From contig NC_042999.1 of assembly GCF_006345805.1 (NCBI RefSeq), positions 123,442,001 to 123,506,000 on the forward strand: a stretch of DNA of 64,000 nucleotides, given 5' to 3'. A model generated the notes under the pieces. The model was not told the DNA's origin. It searched no databases and worked only from the letters and a program-made list of their open reading frames with translations. Positions within the stretch are counted from its first letter, which is position 1. Every line of letters begins with the position of its first letter. Made by a program: the position numbers and the translations under genes. The stretch comes from Octopus sinensis. Lineage: Eukaryota. This document shows, one piece after another, positions 39,739 through 53,099 of the stretch.

Positions 39739-41502
39739 ATCTAGGTGATAGATTAATAGACTTGTTAGACTTGTTAGAGCAGCAAACAGCATATCTTGTG
39801 CTATTTCTTTAAGCTGCTAGTGGTGTGAGTTATTTGGTGGGAGATCTATTCCATTACTCAGTTTAACAACACTTGCTAATCCTTGAATGCTTTTAACAGT
39901 TTTTACTCTGTTGAATGTATTGAAAACTGGTGTTTGATTCTGGATTCTTACCATCTTCCTACCAGTCTTAGAAGCCTAGGGAAAATAGTTAAAAGAATTA
40001 TCCTTCCCTTCTTGACTAAATTGTAAAAAAAAATAAGATAAAGGGGGAAAATCCATGATAGTGATGCATGTCTCACTTAAGCTTTTATTTACTATCTGTC
40101 TTGGATATAAATATTAATTCATCATATCAAATGGCTAGTAAAATTCAACTACGGATAATACCTTCCTATTCTTATTAATATAAAGTGATATCCAATGTAA
40201 AATTCATTTACAGGACATTTACAAACATTTCTTGCTTTTGAAATATAAATTATATTTGAAAATAATTATGTGTATATTCATAATTAATGATAGAGAGGTT
40301 TATCTTTGTCATAGTTTCTAAAATGTCAGAATCATCAAAAACCCCACCCTAGATAAATCTCAGTCACTTTGTAAGGAAGCGATATAATAAGTACGGTGTC
40401 TATTTCTCAATACTCTACAGATGTGGAATTTAGATTGAGATCAATTTAATGTCAAGTAGTATTTCATATTCTGGCTGTTTTTCTGAGACAATGTTTTGAA
40501 TGATTTATGACAAAACTACACTAGATATGCTAACATTCTGAAATATAAGAATTCCTCAGGCATTTATTTCCTTCAGCCGAACTTCTTTTTTACATTTTGT
40601 TTTCTAACCTTCTAACTGTTGTTATGTATTTTCCCCCACCATACATTTTCTCCATCGTTTTATCAATATCTTTCTTTATTCCTTATTATCTTCCTTACAA
40701 TCTTTTTTGGGAGTGAAAGCATGCAATAGTTTTAGGAAATATTCTTTTACTGACTACATCTTGATCCAAAATGTCTTTTCAACCATCTGTCCTTAAAACG
40801 TTTCAGTCCATTCTCCTCTAAAACTTGTGTTTACTATTTCACAATTCTATTTAGACATTTTAGTAGCTTCTAGTTGCTAATGTTTTATTACAGTAGTTTT
40901 GTTTTTTTTAATTCTGCTTCTATAGATTTATGTTTTTTTTTCTTTTGATTCCTTATGTCTTTTTTTCTTTTCTATTTGTAATTCTAACACTATAAGTATA
41001 AATCATCAGTAATATTGGCTCACAAATAACTGCATGGTCATTGGTGCAGGCTTGGAATACCTTGAGTTTTAATACTTTTACTGTCTTCTCCAACAATCAA
41101 TATTTATATTTTTCTCTATTATATTCATTATTGTTTACCATTTATTTTTTTTTTAAGAAAAAAAAAGCATATACCGCACATCTTTTATGCCATTCCTAAC
41201 GTTCTATCCTTTTATCCATACCCAGTGCACAATTCCATAGCTATCATCTATTTCTTTTAAATCACCATTAAAATCTATAACTGGCATTATCTCCTCTTTG
41301 AAAGCAAAAGCTGTCATTTGAGTGACACTAAATTCTACCATGCAGTCAAGACAAATGTATATCTTTCAAACATACTTTAGATGTAAGTCTTATCGCCATC
41401 TTTTCTGTTTTAAATGTATGAGGCATATATACGATACAAGTCTTGGGGGTGAGTGCTTATGCATGTGTAATTGTGAAAGAGAGAATGTGTATAAATGGTA
41501 TA

Positions 41503-41533
<31 letters not shown>

Positions 41534-42209
41534 AAGAAGGCGAGAGAGTATGAAGTCTTTCTCACTTTCTTAAATATTCTTACAGTATCAAATGATTATT
41601 TTTCCCTGTAGTGCTTCAAGTTCAGATTTCTGCTTCATTTACAAATCACTTCAACAATCATCGCCACCACAAGCCAAGCAAAGAACATAGACATGGTTAC
41701 TCAATTTGCTGGAAATAACAGTCAAACTTGCTTCAAATTACACACTACTGTTTTGAAAAAGTCACCATAGGCAATTTGTCTTAGATATACAATGCTAAAG
41801 AGAAGGGATGGAGATTCATGGTTGAAATGCCATTGGTTATAGGTCTGTTTAATAAGGACTATCTTGCAGATAAACAACAGCATTCTCACACCCTCTACCA
41901 GCTGTGAATGCTGTCATTAACATATTTTTCCCCCCAGATACAAGCCATGGTTTAACTGGTTTATGTCATACATCTTATGAGGTTTAATATTGTGATGAAA
42001 AATCTAATGTTTCTCTAGCACCTCATAATCCTTCTTTTATGCTGTGTATTCTTTATTCTTATTTATCAAATATTTTCCTCTTGCACTACCAAATATAGGT
42101 TCTTTCTTGCACAAAATAGAAAATACCCCTATGTTCAGTTGCTATCTTTCTTTCACACTCATTGAATTATATTCGAATCATGAATTTCAAATCACTCAAG
42201 TTATATATA

Positions 42210-43370
42210 GGCATAGGAGTGGCTGTGTGATAAGCAGCTTGCTTACCAACCACATGGTTCCAGGTTCAGTCCTTCTGCATGGCACCTTGGACAAGTGTCT
42301 TCTACTATAGCCTCGAGCTGACCAAAGCCTGGTGAGTGGATTTGATTGATGGAAACTGATAGAAGCCCATCGCATATATATGTGTGTGTTTGTGTGTCTG
42401 TGTTTGTCCCCCCCCCAATATCGCTTGACAACCGATGCTGGTGTGTTTACATCCCCTAACTTAGCGGCTTGGCAAAAATGACCAATAGAATAAGTACTAG
42501 GCTTACAAAGAATGAGTTCTGGGGTAGATTTGCTCGACTAAAGGTGGTGCTCCAACAAGGCCACAGTCAAATGACTGAAACGAGTAAAAGAGTGAAGAGT
42601 ATACCTTCAGTGCACATGTTTATTATTATGCAATATTTTTATCACTGTTTCTTAATCACATACCCTCCAACTAAACAATATTTAGTGATTGAACTGTTTA
42701 ATCATCATTGAGCTTCTTAATATTTCTTTTCTATAAAGCAGCAAACTGGCCAATTTATTAGCATACTGGGCAAAAAATAAAATGCTTCCATCTTTACATT
42801 GTGAGTTCAAATTTCACCGAGGTCAGCTTTGTCTTTTACCCTTTTGGGATCAATAAAATAAGTACCAGTTGATGACTGGTGTCGATATAATCAGCTTACC
42901 CTCTCCCTGCAAATTGCTGGCCTTGAGCCAAAATTTTAAACCAATATTTCCTTTCTACACTATTCTTTATGGCCTGACTGTTTTTGGTTAAGAAGTTTGC
43001 TTCTCAACCAGGTAGCCTTGGGTTCAGTCTTACTGTGTAGTACCTTACGCAAATATCTTCTACTACAACTCCAAGCAGACCAAAGCCTTATGAGTGGATC
43101 TGGTAAACAGAAATTGAAAGAAACCTATTGTATATATATTTCTTTCCTGCTCACAAGGGGCTAAACATAGAGGGGACAAACAAGGACAGACAAAGGGATT
43201 AAGTCGATGACATCGACCCCAGTGCGAAACTGATCCTATATTTATCGACCCCGAAAGGATGAAAGGCAAAGTCAACCTCGGCGGAATTTGAACTCAGAAC
43301 GTAATGACAGACAAAATACCGCTAAGTATTTTGCCTGGCATGCTAACATTTCTGCCAGCTCGCCACCTTG
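42210..43370. mobile_element. SINE cluster: B(+) 42210-42600, A(+) ~42745-42945, partial B(+) ~42975-43140, A(-) ~43150-43370
   Basis: Each matches the family heads and tails described above. Confidence 0.85.
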
Positions 43371-43415
43371 TATATATTGTATATATGTATGTGTGTGTGT
43401 ATATATATGTGTGTG

Positions 43416-43465
<50 letters not shown>

Positions 43466-43747
43466 CAACAATTGAGGGTAAAATTAATTAATTATTAATC
43501 AATTTCACCAAGTATTCAGTATGCAAAGGGACCATTTAAGGCGAATTCAAATTATTACATTATATAAAAGGGCTTAGTAAAATAATTACTTTGCCGCATA
43601 CTGAACTCATTAGAAATAGTAGCTAAAAAAACTTTTTTAAAACTATTTCTAATACTTAAAGAAAACCTCTCTCATATAGTGTTTGCTCAATTCAACTCAC
43701 GAAAGTATGGGGGTAAAGACATTAAAAAATCAAATGCAAAGGTTATT

Positions 43748-43799
43748 TGAGAACGTACGTTTCAAGATTAGTCAACTCGACATTTCTATCATCAGCTCA
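43748..43799 (-). ncRNA. Type I hammerhead ribozyme (element A, inverted arm)
   Basis: Reverse complement of 44420-44471. Confidence 0.75.
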
Positions 43800-44419
43800 G
43801 AACTCCTTGGTTTGGATTTGAAAACACTGAAAGTGGGAGCATACCCTTTCGGCTTCTTATCGCTTCTGAAGATCTGCTCGAAACTAACAGTGCCAGCAAA
43901 CTCAAATATGCAAGCGAAGAATTTCTGCTCTCCCCTTTCCACCAGCGTGGGTTAAAATCAGTAAACACTATGCTTTTTTCGGTAAAATCCGAGGCATTAA
44001 ATAGAGAGTATTAGAAATAGTTTTAAAAAAGTTTTTTTAGCTACTATTTCTAATGAGTTCAGTATGCGGCAAAGTAATTTATTTTACTAAGCCCTTTTAT
44101 ATAATGTAATAATTTGAATTCGCCTTAAATGGTCCCTTTGCATACTGAATACTTGGTGAAATTGATTAATAATTAATTAATTTTACCCTCAATTGTTGAA
44201 ATTATAATTCATCTCTATTTAATGCCTCGGATTTTACCGAAAAAAGCATAGTGTTTACTGATTTTAACCCACGCTGGTGGAAAGGGGAGAGCAGAAATTC
44301 TTCGCTTGCATATTTGAGTTTGCTGGCACTGTTAGTTTCGAGCAGATCTTCAGAAGCGATAAGAAGCCGAAAGCGTATGCTCCCACTTTCAGAGTTTTCA
44401 AATCCAAACCAAGGAGTTC

Positions 44420-44471
44420 TGAGCTGATGATAGAAATGTCGAGTTGACTAATCTTGAAACGTACGTTCTCA
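44420..44471 (+). ncRNA. Type I hammerhead ribozyme (element A)
   Basis: TGAG-CTGATGA-[TAGAAATGTCGAGTTGACTAATCTT]-GAAA-CGTACG-T-T-CTCA. Stem I TGAG/CTCA; stem II AGA/TCT plus GTC/GAC; palindromic stem III ACGTACGT; cleavage predicted after 44467. Confidence 0.8.
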
Positions 44472-44675
44472 AATAACCTTTGCATTTGATTTTTTAATGT
44501 CTTTACCCCCATACTTTCGTGAGTTGAATTGAGCAAACACTATATGAGAGAGGTTTTCTTTAAGTATTAGAAATAGTTTTAAAAAAGTTTTTTTAGCTAC
44601 TATTTCTAATGAGTTCAGTATGCGGCAAAGTAATTTATTTTACTAAGCCCTTTTATATAATATATATATATATAT

Positions 44676-47600
44676 ATACTAAGCAATAAAGGGTTTAGCA
44701 ACGAATTGCCTTACAACATACCGAATTTAGAAATAGCAGTCAAAGAGTTATAGCTATTTCTTCTACTAAAAAGGGAGATCTCAGTAAAAACAGCAATTGG
44801 AAGGCAGACACAAACAGGTAAGAGAGAATGAATTGACGGCAATCTATCATACATTTTTAAGTTATCTACGGACGTACGTTTCGAAATCAAGTTTTTAGGA
44901 AAGCATAAGAATTAAATATTAAATATTAAATAATTCTATCTTACCGAAACTTCTTTTCTCTTCAGCGTAGAATACTATAATCATAAATGATTATATATTA
45001 ATTTTGAGATACTAGAAGGCACCAACTCAACTCAGTATCAGAGCGAGCTAGAATCCGCAACCAGTATCACCAAATTCAATGTGTGAATGAAACGATTGTG
45101 TCACCAGCCCCTTCCCACCGCGTGTAGCCAAAACAAGATGCTGTGGTCATCTACTGAGATAAAATATGGTTATCCGTAATAATGAAGGGTGAAATTAATT
45201 AATTTGGAATAATTATCAATTACACCAAGTAGTCTTCGGCATGTAAAAGCCTCATTCGAGGAAAATTTAAGTAATACTAAGCAATAAAGGGTTTAGCAAC
45301 GAATTGCCTTACCACATACCGAATTTAGAAATAGCAGTCAAAGAGTTATAGCTATTTCTTCTACTAAAAAGGGAGATCTCAGTAAAAACAGCAATTGGAA
45401 GGCAGACACAAACAGGTAAGAGAGAATGAATTGACGGCAATCTATCATACATTTTTAAGTTATCTACGGACGTACGTTTCGAAATCAAGTTTTTAGGAAA
45501 GCATAAGAATTAAATATTAAATATTAAATAATTCTATCTTACCGAAACTTCTTTTCTCTTCAGCGTAGAATACTATAATCATAAATGATTATATATTAAA
45601 TTTTGAGATACTAGAAGGCACCAACTCAACTCAGTATCAGAGCGAGCTAGAATCCGCAACCAGTATCACCAAATTCAATGTGTGAATGAAACGATTGTGT
45701 CACCAGCCCCTTCCACCCGCGTGTAGCCAAAACAAGATGCTGTGGTCATCTACTGAGATAAAATATGGTTATCCGTAATAATGAAGGGTGAAATTAATTA
45801 ATTTGGAATAATTATCAATTACACCAAGTAGTCTTCGGCATGTAAAAGCCTCATTCGAGGAAAATTTAAGTAATACTAAGCAATAAAGGGTTTAGCAACG
45901 AATTGCCTTACCACATACCGAATTTAGAAATAGCAGTCAAAGAGTTATAGCTATTTCTTCTACTAAAAAGGGAGATCTCAGTAAAAACAGCAATTGGAAG
46001 GCAGACACAAACAGGTAAGAGAGAATGAATTGACGGCAATCTATCATACATTTTTAAGTTATCTACGGACGTACGTTTCGAAATCAAGTTTTTAGGAAGC
46101 ATAAGAATTAAATATTAAATATTAAATAATTCTATCTTACCGAAACTTCTTTTCTCTTCAGCGTAGAATACTATAATCATAAATGATTATATATTAAATT
46201 TTGAGATACTAGAAGGCACCAACTCAACTCAGTATCAGAGCGAGCTAGAATCCGCAACCAGTATCACCAAATTCAATGTGTGAATGAAACGATTGTGTCA
46301 CCAGCCCCTTCCCACCCGCGTGTAGCCAAAACAAGATGCTGTGGTCATCTACTGAGATAAAATATGGTTATCCGTAATAATGAAGGGTGAAATTAATTAA
46401 TTTGGAATAATTATCAATTACACCAAGTAGTCTTCGGCATGTAAAAGCCTCATTCGAGGAAAATTTAAGTAATACTAAGCAATAAAGGGTTTAGCAACGA
46501 ATTGCCTTACCACATACCGAATTTAGAAATAGCAGTCAAAGAGTTATAGCTATTTCTTCTACTAAAAAGGGAGATCTCAGTAAAAACAGCAATTGGAAGG
46601 CAGACACAAACAGGTAAGAGAGAATGAATTGACGGCAATCTATCATACATTTTTAAGTTATCTACGGACGTACGTTTCGAAATCAAGTTTTTAGGAAAGC
46701 ATAAGAATTAATATTAAATATTAAATAATTCTATCTTACCGAAACTTCTTTTCTCTTCAGCGTAGAATACTATAATCATAAATGATTATATATTAAATTT
46801 TGAGATACTAGAAGGCACCAACTCAACTCAGTATCAGAGCGAGCTAGAATCCGCAACCAGTATCACCAAATTCAATGTGTGAATGAAACGATTGTGTCAC
46901 CAGCCCCTTCCCACCCGCGTGTAGCCAAAACAAGATGCTGTGGTCATCTACTGAGATAAAATATGGTTATCCGTAATAATGAAGGGTGAAATTAATTAAT
47001 TTGGAATAATTATCAATTACACCAAGTAGTCTTCGGCATGTAAAAGCCTCATTCGAGGAAAATTTAAGTAATACTAAGCAATAAGGGTTTAGCAACGAAT
47101 TGCCTTACCACATACCGAATTTAGAAATAGCAGTCAAAGAGTTATAGCTATTTCTTCTACTAAAAAGGGAGATCTCAGTAAAAACAGCAATTGGAAGGCA
47201 GACACAAACAGGTAAGAGAGAATGAATTGACGGCAATCTATCATACATTTTTAAGTTATCTACGGACGTACGTTTCGAAATCAAGTTTTTAGGAAAGCAT
47301 AAGAATTAAATATTAAATATTAAATAATTCTATCTTACCGAAACTTCTTTTCTCTTCAGCGTAGAATACTATAATCATAAATGATTATATATTAAATTTT
47401 GAGATACTAGAAGGCACCAACTCAACTCAGTATCAGAGCGAGCTAGAATCCGCAACCAGTATCACCAAATTCAATGTGTGAATGAAACGATTGTGTCACC
47501 AGCCCCTTCCCACCCGCGTGTAGCCAAAACAAGATGCTGTGGTCATCTACTGAGATAAAATATGGTTATCCGTAATAATGAAGGGTGAAATTAATTAATT

Positions 47601-50600
47601 TGGAATAATTATCAATTACACCAAGTAGTCTTCGGCATGTAAAAGCCTCATTCGAGGAAAATTTAAGTAATACTAAGCAATAAAGGTTTAGCAACGAATT
47701 GCCTTACCACATACCGAATTTAGAAATAGCAGTCAAAGAGTTATAGCTATTTCTTCTACTAAAAAGGGAGATCTCAGTAAAAACAGCAATTGGAAGGCAG
47801 ACACAAACAGGTAAGAGAGAATGAATTGACGGCAATCTATCATACATTTTTAAGTTATCTACGGACGTACGTTTCGAAATCAAGTTTTTAGGAAAGCATA
47901 AGAATTAAATATTAAATATTAAATAATTCTATCTTACCGAAACTTCTTTTCTCTTCAGCGTAGAATACTATAATCATAAATGATTATATATTAAATTTTG
48001 AGATACTAGAAGGCACCAACTCAACTCAGTATCAGAGCGAGCTAGAATCCGCAACCAGTATCACCAAATTCAATGTGTGAATGAAACGATTGTGTCACCA
48101 GCCCCTTCCCACCCGCGTGTAGCCAAAACAAGATGCTGTGGTCATCTACTGAGATAAAATATGGTTATCCGTAATAATGAAGGGTGAAATTAATTAATTT
48201 GGAATAATTATCAATTACACCAAGTAGTCTTCGGCATGTAAAAGCCTCATTCGAGGAAAATTTAAGTAATACTAAGCAATAAAGGGTTTAGCAACGAATT
48301 GCCTTACCACATACCGAATTTAGAAATAGCAGTCAAGAGTTATAGCTATTTCTTCTACTAAAAAGGGAGATCTCAGTAAAAACAGCAATTGGAAGGCAGA
48401 CACAAACAGGTAAGAGAGAATGAATTGACGGCAATCTATCATACATTTTTAAGTTATCTACGGACGTACGTTTCGAAATCAAGTTTTTAGGAAAGCATAA
48501 GAATTAAATATTAAATATTAAATAATTCTATCTTACCGAAACTTCTTTTCTCTTCAGCGTAGAATACTATAATCATAAATGATTATATATTAAATTTTGA
48601 GATACTAGAAGGCACCAACTCAACTCAGTATCAGAGCGAGCTAGAATCCGCAACCAGTATCACCAAATTCAATGTGTGAATGAAACGATTGTGTCACCAG
48701 CCCCTTCCCACCCGCGTGTAGCCAAAACAAGATGCTGTGGTCATCTACTGAGATAAAATATGGTTATCCGTAATAACGAAGGGTGAAATTAATTAATTTG
48801 GAATAATTATCAATTACACCAAGTAGTCTTCGGCATGTAAAAGCCTCATTCGAGGAAAATTTAAGTAATACTAAGCAATAAAGGTTTAGCAACGAATTGC
48901 CTTACCACATACCGAATTTAGAAATAGCAGTCAAAGAGTTATAGCTATTTCTTCTACTAAAAAGGGAGATCTCAGTAAAAACAGCAATTGGAAGGCAGAC
49001 ACAAACAGGTAAGAGAGAATGAATTGACGGCAATCTATCATACATTTTTAAGTTATCTACGGACGTACGTTTCGAAATCAAGTTTTTAGGAAAGCATAAG
49101 AATTAAATATTAAATATTAAATAATTCTATCTTACCGAAACTTCTTTTCTCTTCAGCGTAGAATACTATAATCATAAATGATTATATATTAAATTTTGAG
49201 ATACTAGAAGGCACCAACTCAACTCAGTATCAGAGCGAGCTAGAATCCGCAACCAGTATCACCAAATTCAATGTGTGAATGAAACGATTGTGTCACCAGC
49301 CCCTTCCCACCCGCGTGTAGCCAAAACAAGATGCTGTGGTCATCTACTGAGATAAAATATGGTTATCCGTAATAACGAAGGGTGAAATAATTAATTTGGA
49401 ATAATTATCAATTACACCAAGTAGTCTTCGGCATGTAAAAGCCTCATTCGAGGAAAATTAAGTAATACTAAGCAATAAAGGGTTTAGCAACGAATTGCCT
49501 TACCACATACCGAATTTAGAAATAGCAGTCAAAGAGTTATAGCTATTTCTTCTACTAAAAAGGGAGATCTCAGTAAAAACAGCAATTGGAAGGCAGACAC
49601 ACAAACAGGTAAGAGAGAATGAATTGACGGCAATCTATCATACATTTTTAAGTTATCTACGGACGTACGTTTCGAAATCAAGTTTTTAGGAAAGCATAAG
49701 AATTAAAATTAAATATTAAATAATTCTATCTTACCGAAACTTCTTTTCTCTTCAGCGTAGAATACTATAATCATAAATGATTATATATTAAATTTTGAGA
49801 TACTAGAAGGCACCAACTCAACTCAGTATCAGAGCGAGCTAGAATCCGCAACCAGTATCACCAAATTCAATGTGTGAATGAACGATTGTGTCACCAGCCC
49901 CTTCCCACCCGCGTGTAGCCAAAACAAGATGCTGTGGTCATCTACTGAGATAAAATATGGTTATCCGTAATAATGAAGGGTGAAATTAATTATTTGGAAT
50001 AATTATCAATTACACCAAGTAGTCTTCGGCATGTAAAAGCCTCATTCGAGGAAAATTTAAGTAATACTAAGCAATAAAGGGTTTAGCAACGAATTGCCTT
50101 ACCACATACCGAATTTAGAAATAGCAGTCAAAGAGTTATAGCTATTTCTTCTACTAAAAAGGAGATCTCAGTAAAAACAGCAATTGGAAGGCAGACACAA
50201 ACAGGTAAGAGAGAATGAATTGACGGCAATCTATCATACATTTTTAAGTTATCTACGGACATACGTTTCGAAATCAAGTTTTTAGGAAAGCATAAGAATT
50301 AAATATTAAATATTAAATAATTCTATCTTACCGAAACTTCTTTTCTCTTCAGCGTAGAATACTATAATCATAAATGATTATATATTAAATTTTGAGATAC
50401 TAGAAGGCACCAACTCAACTCAGTATCAGAGCGAGCTAGAATCCGCAACCAGTATCACCAAATTCATGTGTGAATGAAACGATTGTGTCACCAGCCCCTT
50501 CCCACCCGCGTGTAGCCAAAACAAGATGCTGTGGTCATCTACTGAGATAAAATATGGTTATCCGTAATAACGAAGGGTGAAATTAATTAATTTGGAATAA

Positions 50601-52629
50601 TTATCAATTACACCAAGTAGTCTTCGGCATGTAAAAGCCTCATTCGAGGAAAATTTAAGTAATACTAAGCAATAAAGGTTTAGCAACGAATTGCCTTACC
50701 ACATACCGAATTTAGAAATAGCAGTCAAAGAGTTATAGCTATTTCTTCTACTAAAAAGGGAGATCTCAGTAAAAACAGCAATTGGAAGGCAGACACAAAC
50801 AGGTAAGAGAGAATGAATTGACGGCAATCTATCATACATTTTTAAGTTATCTACGGACGTACGTTTCGAAATCAAGTTTTTAGGAAAGCATAAGAATTAA
50901 ATATTAAATATTAAATAATCTATCTTACCGAAACTTCTTTTCTCTTCAGCGTAGAATACTATAATCATAAATGATTATATATTAAATTTTGAGATACTAG
51001 AAGGCACCAACTCAACTCAGTATCAGAGCGAGCTAGAATCCGCAACCAGTATCACCAAATTCAATGTGTGTGAATGAAACGATTGTGTCACCAGCCCCTT
51101 CCCACCCGCGTGTAGCCAAAACAAGATGATGTGGTCATCTACTGAGATAAAATATGGTTATCCGTAATAATGAAGGGTGAAATTAATTAATTTGGAATAA
51201 TTATCAATTACACCAAGTAGTCTTCGGCATGTAAAAGCCTCATTCGAGGAAAATTTAAGTAATACTAAGCAATAAAGGGTTAGCAACGAATTGCCTTACC
51301 ACATACCGAATTTAGAAATAGCAGTCAAAGAGTTATAGCTATTTCTTCTACTAAAAAGGGAGATCTCAGTAAAAACAGCAATTGGAAGGCAGACACAAAC
51401 AGGTAGAGAGAATGAATTGACGGCAATCTATCATACATTTTTAAGTTATCTACGGACGTACATTTCGAAATCAAGTTTTTAGGAAAGCATAAGAATTAAA
51501 TATTAAATATTAAATAATTCTATCTTACCGAAATTCTTTTCTCTTCAGCGTAGAATACTATAATCATAAATGATTATATATTAAATTTTGAGATACTAGA
51601 AGGCACCAACTCAACTCAGTATCAGAGCGAGCTAGAATCCGCAACCAGTATCACCAAATTCAATGTGTGAATGAAACGATTGTGTCACCAGCCCCTTCCC
51701 ACCCGCGTGTAGCCAAAACAAGATGATGTGGTCATCTACTGAGATAAAATATGGTTATCCGTAATAATGAAGGGTGAAATTAATTAATTTGGAATAATTA
51801 TCAATTACACCAAGTAGTCTTCGGCATGTAAAAGCCTCATTCGAGGAAAATTTAAGTAATACTAAGCAATAAAGGGTTTAGCAACGAATTGCCTTACCAC
51901 ATACCGAATTTAGAAATAGCAGTCAAAGAGTTATAGCTATTTCTTCTACTAAAAAGGGAGATCTCAGTAAAAACAGCAATTGGAAGGCAGACACAAACAG
52001 GTAAGAGAGAATGAATTGACGGCAATCTATCATACATTTTTAAGTTATCTACGGACGTACATTTCGAAATCAAGTTTTTAGGAAAGCATAAGAATTAAAT
52101 ATTAAATATTAAATAATTCTATCTTACCGAAACTTCTTTTCTCTTCAGCGTAGAATACTATAATCATAAATGATTATATATTAAATTTTGAGATACTAGA
52201 AGGCACCAACTCAACTCAGTATCAGAGCGAGCTAGAATCCGCAACCAGTATCACCAAATTCAATGTGTGAATGAAACGATTGTGTCACCAGCCCCTTCCC
52301 ACCCGCGTGTAGCCAAAACAAGATGCTGTGGTCATCTACTGAGATAAAATATGGTTATCCGTAATAACGAAGGGTGAAATTAATTAATTTGGAATAATTA
52401 TCAATTACACCAAGTAGTCTTCGGCATGTAAAAGCCTCATTCGAGGAAAATTTAAGTAATACTAAGCAATAAAGGGTTTAGCAACGAATTGCCTTACCAC
52501 ATACCGAATTTAGAAATAGCAGTCAAAGAGTTATAGCTATTTCTTCTACTAAAAAGGGAGATCTCAGTAAAAACAGCAATTGGAAGGCAGACACAAACAG
52601 GTAAGAGAGAATGAATTGACGGCAATCTA
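44676..52629 (-). repeat. Tandem array of a ~600-bp unit (13 full units plus ~170 bp), element B, with one hammerhead per full unit on the minus strand
   Basis: Unit starts (TACTAAGCAAT) at 44677, 45275, 45874, 46473, 47072, 47671, 48270, 48869, 49466, 50065, 50663, 51263, 51860 and 52460. The units are near-identical, differing by 1-2 bp indels and a few SNPs. Confidence 0.97.
44865..44971 (-). ncRNA. Type I hammerhead ribozyme, first of 13 in the array
   Basis: Minus strand reads TCTACG-CTGAAGA-G(76-nt stem II)C-GAAA-CGTACG-TC-CGTAGA, repeated every ~600 bp. Confidence 0.9.
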
Positions 52630-53099
52630 GCTCGCTCTGATACTGAGTTGAGTTGGTGCCTTCTAGTATCTCAAAATTTAATATATAATCATTTATGATT
52701 ATAGTATTCTACGCTGAAGAGAAAAGAAGTTTCGGTAAGATAGAATTATTTAATATTTAATATTTAATTCTTATGCTTTCCTAAAAACTTGATTTCGAAA
52801 CGTACGTCCGTAGATAACTTAAAAATGTATGATAGATTGCCGTCAATTCATTCTCTCTTACCTGTTTGTGTCTGCCTTCCAATTGCTGTTTTTACTGAGA
52901 TCTCCCTTTTTAGTAGAAGAAATAGCTATAACTCTTTGACTGCTATTTCTAAATTCGGTATGTGGTAAGGCAATTCGTTGCTAAACCCTTTATTGCTTAG
53001 TATTACTTAAATTTTCCTCGAATGAGGCTTTTACATGCCGAAGACTACTTGGTGTAATTGATAATTATTCCAAATTAATTAATTTCACCCTTCATTATT

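Larger units (their letters stand above)
43464..44661. mobile_element. Hammerhead-bearing non-coding element A (~555-bp unit): one unit (43464-44007) followed by ~1.2 head-to-tail units inverted (44008-44661)
   Basis: 44008-44661 is the reverse complement of a circular permutation of 43464-44007. The unit junction ...AATAGAGATGAATTATAATTTCAACAATTGAGGG... is visible at ~44185-44225. Both ends abut (TA)n. Confidence 0.9.

Noticed and set aside
43683-44536. Two mirror-image 90-aa ORFs (43683-43955+, 44264-44536-)
   Set aside because: They arise from the inverted duplication, start at TTG, show no recognisable motif, and run antisense to the hammerhead. Treated as incidental, though a BLASTP would settle it.
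44676-52629. Array as 5S rDNA, snRNA, tRNA or histone repeats
   Set aside because: No 5S, snRNA or tRNA sequence and no ORF is recognisable. Several T4+ runs on the ribozyme strand also argue against a full-length Pol III transcript.
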